From: an uncultured delta proteobacterium
Lineage (GTDB): Bacteria > Myxococcota_A > Polyangia > Polyangiales > JAFGIB01
Direction of reading: 5' to 3'
Length of the DNA stretch: 64,000 nt
Assembly (NCBI GenBank): GCA_963778655.1
Contig: CAVZVA010000010.1
Coordinates: 384,001-448,000 of the forward strand
This document shows, one piece after another, positions 50,528 through 59,300 of the stretch. The position numbers and the translations under genes are program-made. The number at the start of each line of letters is the position of its first letter. Within the stretch, counting starts at the first letter, position 1. A model generated the notes under the pieces. It saw only the letters and a program-made list of their open reading frames with translations. It was not told the origin of the DNA and made no database searches.

Positions 50528-51915
50528 AGCTGCAGCACCGTAGCCAGGCTGACCTCGAGTGCCCGGATCTGGCTCAAAGGGATGAAGTCGCTGTAGAGAT
50601 AGAGCGAAGGCGCGACCGAGAGCATCAGCCGCAAGCGCTTGGTGGGGTCGAGCTGGAACACATGCTCTAGGTCCAGGGCCACGTGGTGGGCCATGAAGGG
50701 CGAGAGCTTCTTGTCGTTGGTGTAGAAAGTCAGCGTGTCGGATTGATAGCGGGAAGCATACTGGGAGGCCGCGCTCTGCAGGTAGAAGCGATAGCGCAGC
50801 GACAGCACGGTGTCGGGCTCGGGCAAGAACGACACCTCCGCCATCGCCGTGTGCGATATCAGGCTCCAGTCGTCGATGTAGAAGCGGTAGCCCAGGCCGA
50901 CCGAGAAGTGCTTGCCGAGCGCGCGCCTGCCGCGCAGCGCGGCGGCGTGGCGCAGCCGCGACTCCGGATTGGCCTCCGGGATACAGTACATCGCGCTCGC
51001 CGGCGTGTCGGCATGGCAGAAGTTGTCAGTGCCCTGGATGCCGACGAAGCGGTAGGGGCTCGACAGGTACCCGTGGGCCTGGCTCAGCTCGTAGATCCCC
51101 TGCACCAGCGTTCGTTGGTCGAGGATCTGGGTGAAGGCCAGCCGTGCGCTGAGGTTGCGGGCGGCGCGGGCGAAGCCCGGATCGCCGGCGCGGCCGACGG
51201 TGTCGAACAAGGCGTTGAGCTCGAGGTTCGCGGTGGCGCTCTTGTCGGCGAAGTCGCGCGACACGCTGAGCGTCCCGCCGTGCGACTCGTAGTCGGGCTC
51301 CTTGGAGTAGCGGTAGGCGCCGCTGAGGCTCATCGCGTCCCAGTCGTGCGCGACCTGCACGTGCATCTCGTCGCGCTGCTCGGTGATCGGCTTGGACGCG
51401 GAGGCGCGAATGTCGATCGACGCGCTGGTCCACACGTCCATGGTGTAGACGACGTCGACGCGGGTGGCGTCGGCAACGGGTGCGGCCACGTGCAGGCGCG
51501 GCGCGATCACCGTGGTGCTGTCCGAATCGGTACGTACGTAGACGGCGGTGCCGGCTTCCGTGCCGACTTCCTGCGCGGCCGCCCGCAGCGGCAGCAGCGC
51601 GACGCAGACCAGCGCGAGCCAAGCCACGGCCCGTGGCGCGCAGCACGTCCAAGCGGACAGGCGCAGCTCGGGCGCGCGCCCCGCGCGCCTGCGGTCCGAG
51701 CGCGCGCTCGAGCTCGCCGCAAAAGCGCGCGGCGCGTTGCGTGAAACGCTCGCCACTACGATCCTTGAGGCCGGCTGATCTGCACGATGAGTCGTCCGAG
51801 GCGCGGCCCCGCTAGAGCACCGAACAGGTTGAAGCCGCAAGAGCTCCGAGCATTTCGCCGCAGGCGCGCGCGCGCCCGGACGACCGACCCGAGCAATGCT
51901 CGATGCATTTCGCAC
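50524..51915 (-). CDS. DUF3570-family outer-membrane protein
   Basis: Y.TDSD.TTV; DVWTSAS; S.EPDY.S; GYLSSPYR; E..P..RLR; YRFY.DDW; RYRFY.Q..A; D.KLS. True start is probably downstream of 51915. Confidence 0.85.
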   Translation of the reverse strand: MRNASSIARVGRPGARAPAAKCSELLRLQPVRCSSGAAPRTTHRADQPASRIVVASVSRNAPRAFAASSSARSDRRRAGRAPELRLSAWTCCAPRAVAWLALVCVALLPLRAAAQEVGTEAGTAVYVRTDSDSTTVIAPRLHVAAPVADATRVDVVYTMDVWTSASIDIRASASKPITEQRDEMHVQVAHDWDAMSLSGAYRYSKEPDYESHGGTLSVSRDFADKSATANLELNALFDTVGRAGDPGFARAARNLSARLAFTQILDQRTLVQGIYELSQAHGYLSSPYRFVGIQGTDNFCHADTPASAMYCIPEANPESRLRHAAALRGRRALGKHFSVGLGYRFYIDDWSLISHTAMAEVSFLPEPDTVLSLRYRFYLQSAASQYASRYQSDTLTFYTNDKKLSPFMAHHVALDLEHVFQLDPTKRLRLMLSVAPSLYLYSDFIPLSQIRALEVSLATVLQL

Positions 51916-51995
51916 GGTCGGGCCGAGGACGAAAGCCGCGTAGGTGGGAAAAGACGAAGGAAATCATAGGCACTCGACCTGATCGGTGCTCTAGG

Positions 51996-52802
51996 TCATG
52001 GCTGGCCGGAGGGCATGTAGCTGATCTTCAGCCCCGCGTGCGGCGGTTTGTCCGGTGGCGCGAGCATCTCCGGCTTGGGCCCCTTGTGGAACTCGTACAT
52101 CGCCAGAGGGCCATAGTTCAGCTCGGTCTCGGTCACCTCGATGAAGAGCTCGTAGGTTCCGTCCGGCGCGAGCGTGCCTTTGAAGTCCTTGCCGTTCCAG
52201 ACGTCGTGGTGCGGCGTGCCGTGGGTAGCCAGGGTCGCGCCGGTCATGGCGTCCATCTCCGGCCAGGCCGAGGTGCACGCGTGCGCTTTCCAGCGATACA
52301 GCGAGCCCGCGCGCAGCGCCGCCCAGCGCTCGAGCGTCTCGACGTACACGCCCGAGGCGTCCTCGATCCAGACGGCACCCACGTTCGCCGGGCCCCAGCG
52401 CTCGCCGATCGGGGTGGTGGTGAAGTCGACAGTCAGCGTGCCGGGCGTGCCGGCGTCCGCGCTGACGCCCACGCAACGATCGCCGGTCGGGTCCTCGACC
52501 GACGCGTCGACGCCGGCGTCGGGCGTGGTGAGCTGAGTCGCGCCGAGCGTGCTGCCGGGCGTGTACAGCCCGACGTTCAGGTCCTGCGCGGCGCCCGTGT
52601 TGGGATAGAGGGGCATGCCGGTATCGGCGCTGCACGCTGCAGCGGCGAAGAGCAGCCCGCCACACAGGACCTGCAGCACGCGCCGCCACGGCGAGCAATC
52701 GCCCGGCAGCGGCCCCCGCGGCACATCAGGGCCGCGACCGAGGCGCCAAAGCGGCGGGGGCCCTGCGCAGTACCCAGATCCGTTTCGGCGCGCCGCGCTC
52801 AT
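51996..52802 (-). CDS. DUF2271-family lipoprotein
   Basis: FAAAC lipobox; AVWIED..G.YV.TL..W; DAMTGAT; WNGKD..G...PDG.Y...IE. Confidence 0.82.
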   Translation of the reverse strand: MSAARRNGSGYCAGPPPLWRLGRGPDVPRGPLPGDCSPWRRVLQVLCGGLLFAAAACSADTGMPLYPNTGAAQDLNVGLYTPGSTLGATQLTTPDAGVDASVEDPTGDRCVGVSADAGTPGTLTVDFTTTPIGERWGPANVGAVWIEDASGVYVETLERWAALRAGSLYRWKAHACTSAWPEMDAMTGATLATHGTPHHDVWNGKDFKGTLAPDGTYELFIEVTETELNYGPLAMYEFHKGPKPEMLAPPDKPPHAGLKISYMPSGQP

Positions 52803-53839
52803 CGCGACACCCCCGCACGACGGCGCATCAGCACCAACCAGAGCAAGATCGCGGCGACTGGCGGCAGCGTCCTGTGCGCCGGCACCCCGGGCGTGGTGCC
52901 CGCGCTGCAACCGCCCTGCAGCTTGGATTCGTACAGCGCCGCGCCCGACGTCGCCGGCATCAGGGGCAGCTTCACCTCGCGCACCGAATCGTTCTCCGGC
53001 GTGCCGGAAAGCTGATCGGTGGCCACGAAGCCCGCGGAGAACCAGATCGGGCCCTGCCACTGTGCAGGCGCGGTCCAGCGAAAGTCGAGCTCCCGCGCAC
53101 CGCACGAGCGCACGGTCAGCAGACAGCGAAAGCCCAGGTGATTCGCGTCGCAGTGGGTGACGCTGGGCGGCATGGTGGCTTGGGTCGAGCCCGGCGCAGG
53201 TCCGGGCTTGACGCTGTACAGGTCCATCGCCAGCATGCCCGCGGGCAGCTCGCAGATCTCGCCCGGCACGGCGTTCTTGCGGTCGATGTCGATCGTGCCC
53301 GAGGCCGTCCCCTGCTCGGCCAAGAGCTCGGCCACCACGCCCATGCTGGGCGCGAGCATGGCCTGGCGCAGCGCGGCGGCGTTGCTCGCGAACTCGGGCC
53401 AGGTGAGACGCACGTCATACGTGGCGCCCGGCACGTAGCCCGCAGCGGGCAGGCCTTCGACGTAGAGCGGATACTGCTGCTGCGTGGGAGAACCAGTGTG
53501 GCACACGCTGCAGCCGTAGCCTTCGGCGGGCGAGCCGGTGAACCAACGGCCGCCGCCGCCCCCACCGGCTGGATCGGACGGATAGTAGGCCGGCTCGGAG
53601 AATGCGAGCACACGGCTGGCGCCGAACGCGATGATCCAGAAACACGCGGCCGCGGCACACGCTCGCCCGAACGATTCAAGACACCACACCGGCAGACCTA
53701 CAGCGCTATTCGACACGTGCGCTCGGCACACGCCGAACCGTGTCTCCTTGCAATAGTCCGGGGGGCCCTCGCAGGTCAACGGGGTGGGGAACGGAAAGCG
53801 CGGCAACGACACGCCCGTACCCGCGGGAAATGTCCCCAA
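52799..53839 (-). CDS. Exported Reeler-like protein with CxxCH and MYXO-CTERM-type tail
   Basis: FTGSP.EG..CSVCH; GYVPG.TY; F.WTAP; C-terminal GGCS + linker + TM + RRR. Start uncertain. Confidence 0.72.
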   Translation of the reverse strand: MGTFPAGTGVSLPRFPFPTPLTCEGPPDYCKETRFGVCRAHVSNSAVGLPVWCLESFGRACAAAACFWIIAFGASRVLAFSEPAYYPSDPAGGGGGGRWFTGSPAEGYGCSVCHTGSPTQQQYPLYVEGLPAAGYVPGATYDVRLTWPEFASNAAALRQAMLAPSMGVVAELLAEQGTASGTIDIDRKNAVPGEICELPAGMLAMDLYSVKPGPAPGSTQATMPPSVTHCDANHLGFRCLLTVRSCGARELDFRWTAPAQWQGPIWFSAGFVATDQLSGTPENDSVREVKLPLMPATSGAALYESKLQGGCSAGTTPGVPAHRTLPPVAAILLWLVLMRRRAGVSR

Positions 53840-53872
53840 AATGGATGCGCTTGACGAGCTCGAGGGCCGCGG

Positions 53873-54913
53873 CTACCCGCCGGTGGCGCGCAGCACGCCG
53901 CTGCGGCGCGCCGGGATGCCGTCGAGGCAGCCGGAGAGCCCCTCCAGCACCTTCTTGGCTGCGCGCGGGTCGGCGATCGGGTTGATCACGCAGACGTCAA
54001 CCCCTTGCTCGCCGTAGGCACGCACGCGCGCGCGCACGGTGTCAGCGTCGCCGATCACGGCCATGGCCTCGCACAGCCCGTCGCTGACGGCCGCGGCCAC
54101 GCCCGCGCGGTCGCCCTTGGCGTAGCGCTCGCGGATCTCGCGCGCCTCCTGCTGATAGCCCATCCACTCGAAGGCGCGGTTGTAGCCGGGCGTCGCGGCG
54201 TAAGCGCCGAACACGTTGCGGATCAGGTTTCGGCCGACCGCAGCGTCGTCGACCATCACCACGTGAAGGCGGCTGACCACCTCGATCGCGCCTGGATCGC
54301 GGCCCGCAGCCTCGGCGCCCGCGCGTACCGCGCCGAGCAGCTGGGGCAGCGCCTTTTCCGGCACCATGTTCAGGATCACGCCATCGCACAGCGCACCGGC
54401 CATGCGCAGCATCTGCTCGTTGAGGGCGCCGAGGTAGATCGGCACCGTGCCTTGTACGGCCCCGCCCAGCTTGAAGCGTTTGACGTGCAAGGTCTGTCCG
54501 TCGTAGTCGACGCGCTCGCCGCTGAGCGCTTTGCGCAGCACCTCCACGTGCTCGCGCATGCGCGTGAGCGGCTTGTCAAAGGGTTGGCCGGCCCAGTCGC
54601 GCACGATGTTCGGCGAGGAGAGGCCCAGGCCGAGCACGAATTTGCCGCCTGTCAGCTGGCTCAGCGTCATCGCCGCCATCGCGTGCACCATGGGCGTGCG
54701 CGTCTGCGCCGGCACCACGGCGGTCCCGATGCGCATCCCAGGCAGGCCCACGGCGAGCGCGCCGGCCAGGGCGTAGGCGTCGCCCCCGCTGACCTCGGCC
54801 AGCCACAACTCCTCGTAGCCACGCTCGCGCGCCGCCCGTGCCATCTCCACCGCCCCCTGCGCGCCGCCCAACGGCAGCGTCAGACCCAACCGCGGACTGT
54901 TCGTCGCTTCCAT
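53873..54913 (-). CDS. Luciferase-like (LLM class, possibly F420-dependent) oxidoreductase
   Basis: GYEELWLAE; IGTAV; TRTP; GKFVLGLG; PIYLGA; DGVILN. Confidence 0.88.
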   Translation of the reverse strand: MEATNSPRLGLTLPLGGAQGAVEMARAARERGYEELWLAEVSGGDAYALAGALAVGLPGMRIGTAVVPAQTRTPMVHAMAAMTLSQLTGGKFVLGLGLSSPNIVRDWAGQPFDKPLTRMREHVEVLRKALSGERVDYDGQTLHVKRFKLGGAVQGTVPIYLGALNEQMLRMAGALCDGVILNMVPEKALPQLLGAVRAGAEAAGRDPGAIEVVSRLHVVMVDDAAVGRNLIRNVFGAYAATPGYNRAFEWMGYQQEAREIRERYAKGDRAGVAAAVSDGLCEAMAVIGDADTVRARVRAYGEQGVDVCVINPIADPRAAKKVLEGLSGCLDGIPARRSGVLRATGG

Positions 54914-54966
54914 GGCGGCGAAGGTAGTCGCTTTCGTCGGCGAGGTGAACCGGTGAAACGGGAAGG

Positions 54967-55146
54967 GATTCACTCCGTTGGGGCGGGGCCGCGTTGCGGC
55001 GTGCCGACCATCGCACCGCGCTGCGCTCAGGTCCGCCGGGGTGAATCGCGGCTTCGCCCCGAGAGGGGGGCGCAGCTCCCCTGCGCGTGGGGTGGGGCCC
55101 CAACGGATTCACTCCGTTGGGGCGGGGCGGCGCGTGCCGCCCCGTG
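54967..55146 (-). repeat. Diverged copies (one full, one partial) of the 35-kb hairpin element
   Basis: Minus strand: GGGGCGGC-ACGC-GCCGCCCC, then CCCCAACGGA-GTGAA-TCCGTTGGGG, then CCCACCCC. ggattcactccgttggggcgggg is repeated at 54967 and 55105. Confidence 0.75.
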
Positions 55147-55945
55147 CAATTCGCGGATCGAGCAGGTCGCGCAGGTAGTCGCCGGCCAGGTTGAAGCCGA
55201 GCACCGTGACCGCGATCGTGCCGCCGGCGATCAGCGCAACGTGGGGGAAGCGCAGCAGCACCGCGCTGCCCTGGTCGAGCAGCGCGCCCCACGAAGCCGC
55301 CGCACCGGGGCCCAAGCCCAAGAACGACAGCGTCGCTTCGGCCAGCACCGCACCACCGAGCGCCGAGGTCGCCTGCACCAGCAGCGGGCCCAGGGTGTTG
55401 GGCGTGATATGGCGCCACAGGATCTGCGCCTCCGACGCGCCCAGCAGGCGCGCGGCGGCCACGAACTCGGTTTCGCGCAGTACCAGGGTCTGCGCCCGGG
55501 CGATGCGCGCGAACAGCACCCAACCGTTGGCGCTCAGCGCGAGGATCACGTGCGGGACCCCGGGCCGCGCGACCAGCGCAAGGATCGCGATGTTGAGCAC
55601 CACCGCGGGAAAGGCTTGCACCAGGTCCGCGAGGCCGCTGATCACATGGTCAGTGCGGCCGCCCCGATAGCCGGCCAGCGCGCCCAGCGTCGCCCCGAGC
55701 AGCAGCGAGAGCCCGACCGAGCACAGCGCGATCTCACCGGAAAGCCGCGCGCCGTACAGCAGCACGCTGAGCACGTCGACACCGTTGTCGCCCGTGCCGA
55801 GCCAATGGCGCGCGCTGGGCGAGCCGTACTGGGCGTGCAGGTCGATCTGGGCGGGCGAATAGGGTGCCAGCGCCGGACCGAACAGCGCGAGCAGCGCGAA
55901 CGCCGCCACCACCCAGACCGCCGGCGGCGGGGCCGCGCGCCTCAC
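55109..55945 (-). CDS. Peptide/nickel ABC transporter permease (DppC/OppC-like)
   Basis: HWLGT...G.D; YGAR; EFV.AAR.LGA; HI.PN; EA.LSFLGLG; FNLAGD.LRD.LDPR. Start GTG 55945 overlaps the upstream stop. Confidence 0.92.
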   Translation of the reverse strand: MRRAAPPPAVWVVAAFALLALFGPALAPYSPAQIDLHAQYGSPSARHWLGTGDNGVDVLSVLLYGARLSGEIALCSVGLSLLLGATLGALAGYRGGRTDHVISGLADLVQAFPAVVLNIAILALVARPGVPHVILALSANGWVLFARIARAQTLVLRETEFVAAARLLGASEAQILWRHITPNTLGPLLVQATSALGGAVLAEATLSFLGLGPGAAASWGALLDQGSAVLLRFPHVALIAGGTIAVTVLGFNLAGDYLRDLLDPRIARGGTRRPAPTE

Positions 55946-56892
55946 GTCAGCCTCACACGCGGATCGATCACGCCGTACAGCAGATCGAGCAGCAGGTTGA
56001 CGCCGACGTAGATCACCGCGATCACCAGCACGCAGCCCTGCACCACCGGGATGTCGCGGTCGAAGAACGCCTGCAGGAACAGCGTGCCGAGGCCCGGGCG
56101 CTCGAAGATCTTCTCCGCGATCACCGCACCGGAGAGCAGCGCGCCGAGCTGCGCGGCGGCCACTGTCAGCACCGGCAGCAGGGCGTTGCGCAGCGCGTGC
56201 ACGAATAGCAGCGACAGGGAGGGCACGCCGCGCGCACGCGCCGCCAGGATGTAGGGCTCCGACAGCACGTCGATCAGCGCGGCCCGGGTCTGGCGGGTCA
56301 GCACCGCGCACAGCGCAGTGCCCACCGTGAACGCAGGCAGCAACAGGGCGAGCGGTTGCGTGGGATCGTCGCCGGGCAGCGGCAGCAGGCGCAGCTCCAC
56401 GCCGAACGCGAGCACCAGCAGCGGGCCGAGCCAGATGTGGGGAATGGCGATGCCGAGCATGGCGAAGCCGCTGGCGGCCTTGTCCCAGCCGCGGCCGCGG
56501 CGCACGGCGGCGAGCACGCCGAGCGGCAGCGCCAGCGCCAGCGCAAACAGCAGCGATGCGCTCGCCAGCGTCACGGTATAGGGCAGCGCCTCGCCCACCA
56601 GCTCGGCCACGGTGCGCTGGCGGGCGCGAAACGAGTGGCCGAGGGTTCCGTTCAGCACGTCGGCGCTGAACGCCGCGTACTGCTCCAGCAGCGGGCGGTC
56701 GAGCCGCAGCGCGGCGCGCAGCGCCACCCGATCCTCGGGCGCGGCCTGATCGCCGAGGATGGCGTCGACCGGATCGCCCGGCAGCAGGTGCACCAGCAGG
56801 AAGACCAGCGTGACCACGCCCCAGACGGTGGCGGCGGCACGCCCGGCCCGAAGCACCAGGTAGCGCAGGAAGCCCGACGGCATCGAGCGCAT
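55942..56892 (-). CDS. Peptide/nickel ABC transporter permease (DppB/OppB-like)
   Basis: LPGDP; LDRPL..QY; ARARG; HALRNA; GAVI.E.IF..PGLG; RD.PVVQG; DPRV. Confidence 0.93.
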   Translation of the reverse strand: MRSMPSGFLRYLVLRAGRAAATVWGVVTLVFLLVHLLPGDPVDAILGDQAAPEDRVALRAALRLDRPLLEQYAAFSADVLNGTLGHSFRARQRTVAELVGEALPYTVTLASASLLFALALALPLGVLAAVRRGRGWDKAASGFAMLGIAIPHIWLGPLLVLAFGVELRLLPLPGDDPTQPLALLLPAFTVGTALCAVLTRQTRAALIDVLSEPYILAARARGVPSLSLLFVHALRNALLPVLTVAAAQLGALLSGAVIAEKIFERPGLGTLFLQAFFDRDIPVVQGCVLVIAVIYVGVNLLLDLLYGVIDPRVRLT

Positions 56893-56912
56893 TGTAGTGA
56901 ATAACGTCGCGA

Positions 56913-58397
56913 TCAGCCCGCGGCGGGCTGGGGCGTCTCGACCGCGGCCCGCGGCTGCTCGCCCGCGAGCGGCGCGGCGGCGGGCGTCCGGCGCTCGCGC
57001 AGCGCGTGCTGGATCTCGGCGTGGCGGCGCCGGTCGATGCGGTAGCGAGCGTAGAAGAACACAGCGAGCAGTGCCGGCAGCGAACCGAGCGGACCGTCGA
57101 GCAGGCCGAGCTTGAAGAGCACGTCGGCGGCGACGTGGCCGGGCTTGGCGGCATGCGGAAAGTGGATCAGATCGATGGCCAGCCCGGCGAGCACCGTTCC
57201 GAACGCCGAGGTCATCTTGGCCAAGAAGGTGCGCGCGGCGAAGAAGATCCCCTCCTGGCGCTGCCCGGCTTCCAGCTCGTACTCGTCGGCGACATCGGCG
57301 AGCGCCGAGAGCACGCTGATCTGCAGCACCGCGACCGCGCCGTAGAACAGGAACGTGAACAGGAACAACACGCCCACCAGGGCCGGGCTGCCGTTGGGCG
57401 GCATATGGCCGAGCATGCGCGCCACGATCGGGAAGGTGGCCGCGAACACCATGCCGAGGGCGGCGCCGACGATGGCAGCGCGCTTGTCGAAACGCGCGTG
57501 CAGGTGCGCGGTCACCACGAAGGCGATCAGGAAGGCCGGCGGCGAAGCCAGGCCGAACACGCGGATCTTGTCCTCGGGCAGCCCCCAGTAGAACAGGCTC
57601 ATGTAGGAGCTGATGGTCTCGCGGGTGCCGAGAGTAGCGCCCAGCAGGATGAGCCCGAGCAGCAGCGCCAGGTAGTTACGGTTGCTGAACGAAGCCGTGG
57701 TGGCGGAAAGCAGCTCGCGCAGTGTGAAGCGGCGTGGTCCGGGCGGTGCTTGCACCAGCCGGGGGATCTGGTCGCGCGTGAAGTGGGCGCAAAGCAAGAT
57801 GGTGGCGGCCGCAAACAGGCCGACACCGATGCCGATGCCGGGATAGGCGGCTCGTGCGCCGGTGCCTCCGTGGACGTGGCCGAACCAGGTCCAGCCGTAG
57901 AAGAACGTCCCGGCGCCGCCGATGACCCCGAAGATGCTGTTGTAGCTCATCACCACCGAGCGCTCGCGGTAGTCGGTGGACAGCTCGGCACCGAGCGCCA
58001 AGTGCGGCACCTGGTACAGCGTGAGCGACTGGCGGAACAGCACGGAGAACAGCGTGAATCACAGGAACAGCGGCACGCCGTGCAAGCTGCTGGGCGGCGC
58101 ATAGATCAGGTAGAACGAGGCGGCCAGGGGCAACGCGGCCACATACAAGAAGGGGTGCCGCCGCCCCAACGACGAGCGCCAGCGATCGGAAATGAAGCCG
58201 ACTACCGGATCGACGATCGCGTCGAGCACCAGCGAGGAGGTGACCGCCAGCCCGCACAGCGTGCCCGAGAGCCCGAGCACGTTGTTGTAATAGAGGAACG
58301 CCCAGGTGTTGAAAGCGATCCAGACCGCCGCCTCGGCCGATGCGCCCACGCCGAAGGCGAGCTTGGTGCGCATCCGGAGCCGGTCGGCGGTGCTCAT
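56913..58397 (-). pseudogene. MFS glycoside-pentoside-hexuronide (MelB-like) symporter interrupted by one in-frame TGA
   Basis: ORFs 58059-58397 and 56913-58043 are in the same frame: ...GVPLFL*FTLFSVLFRQ.... Motifs DAIVDP.VG.ISD; GRRHPF; VPH.ALGAEL..DY.ER; ADVAD; G.RQEG. Confidence 0.8.
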
Positions 58398-58417
58398 GTC
58401 ACGGCGCCCGGCTCAGC

Positions 58418-59260
58418 TCAGTGGCCGGCGTCGGGCGTACCCCCGTCAGGCGTGCCGCCGCCGCCTCCGCAGTCGCTTGCGCACATCGCCACGCAGCCGC
58501 CGGCCGCCGTCGCGCCGGTGCCACCCTTGGCGAGGAAGTCGTTGCAGTTGGTCGTGAGGCAGCTGATGTTCATGTCCATCACGAAGGTGGGGCACTTGAG
58601 CGCGATGCACTGGATCAGGCCCCAGCAATTCTCGTCGCACACGCTCATCACGACGTTCTTTCGGCAGTCGTCGCTGATGTTGCAGACGCAGGTCTTGCAG
58701 GAATCGGGAACACCTGAGTAGACGTTGTCGGCGCACATCTTGACGGCCGGGTTGTCGAGCGGATTCGGGTTGCCGATCGTGATCGTCACCGTGCTCGGAT
58801 CGCTCACCCCGCCCCGGTCGTCGATCACCCACAGCACGAAGGTCCACGTGCCCTCTCCCAGCTTGACCGTCGGCTTGGCCACGTCGTCCGGCCAGTTGGG
58901 CATCTCACCGTCGGGAACGTAGCGGCCACCGGCGTTCGTGACCTTCACGCTCCCGTCCGGCAGGGTCTTCTCGGTGGAAAGGTTGCCCAGGCCGCCGTCC
59001 GGCGGCACCGGATTGCCGCTGAGCCAGCGGTAGGTGACGATCGCGCCGTCCATGTCATCCGAGCCGCTACCGTCCAGGGTGACCTCGACGTCCTGACCGC
59101 TGTAGTCGAACTGCGCCGACCTGGCGGCTTTGCCGTCGGGGCCGATCACCTGCGCAAGGGCGGTCGGCGTGCGGTTGGGCGTCATCACCAGGCGGCTCTC
59201 GCGGCACGCCGTAGCAAAGCCGAGGGCAAGGGCCAGGACGAGCAGTCTCTTGGGGCTCAT
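58418..59260 (-). CDS. PKD-domain lipoprotein with Cys-rich C-terminal domain
   Basis: AGGAGA RBS; FATAC lipobox; VTLDGSGS.D.DG.IVTYRW; L.V.DD.G; 12 Cys in the C-terminal third. Confidence 0.82.
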   Translation of the reverse strand: MSPKRLLVLALALGFATACRESRLVMTPNRTPTALAQVIGPDGKAARSAQFDYSGQDVEVTLDGSGSDDMDGAIVTYRWLSGNPVPPDGGLGNLSTEKTLPDGSVKVTNAGGRYVPDGEMPNWPDDVAKPTVKLGEGTWTFVLWVIDDRGGVSDPSTVTITIGNPNPLDNPAVKMCADNVYSGVPDSCKTCVCNISDDCRKNVVMSVCDENCWGLIQCIALKCPTFVMDMNISCLTTNCNDFLAKGGTGATAAGGCVAMCASDCGGGGGTPDGGTPDAGH

Positions 59261-59300
59261 GGCGGTCTCCTGAATGCGCGAGCGAGCGGTCATGGTGGCC

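Noticed and set aside
55946..57154. 681-aa version of the dppC-like ORF
   Set aside because: The extra 400 codons are an alternative frame over dppB with Arg/Ala/Gly-rich shadow composition.
58059..58110. Selenocysteine or genetic-code reassignment of the MFS TGA
   Set aside because: The position is a hydrophobic TM site rather than a Cys-like catalytic one, I see no convincing SECIS hairpin 3' of the codon, and TGA terminates many other genes in the window.
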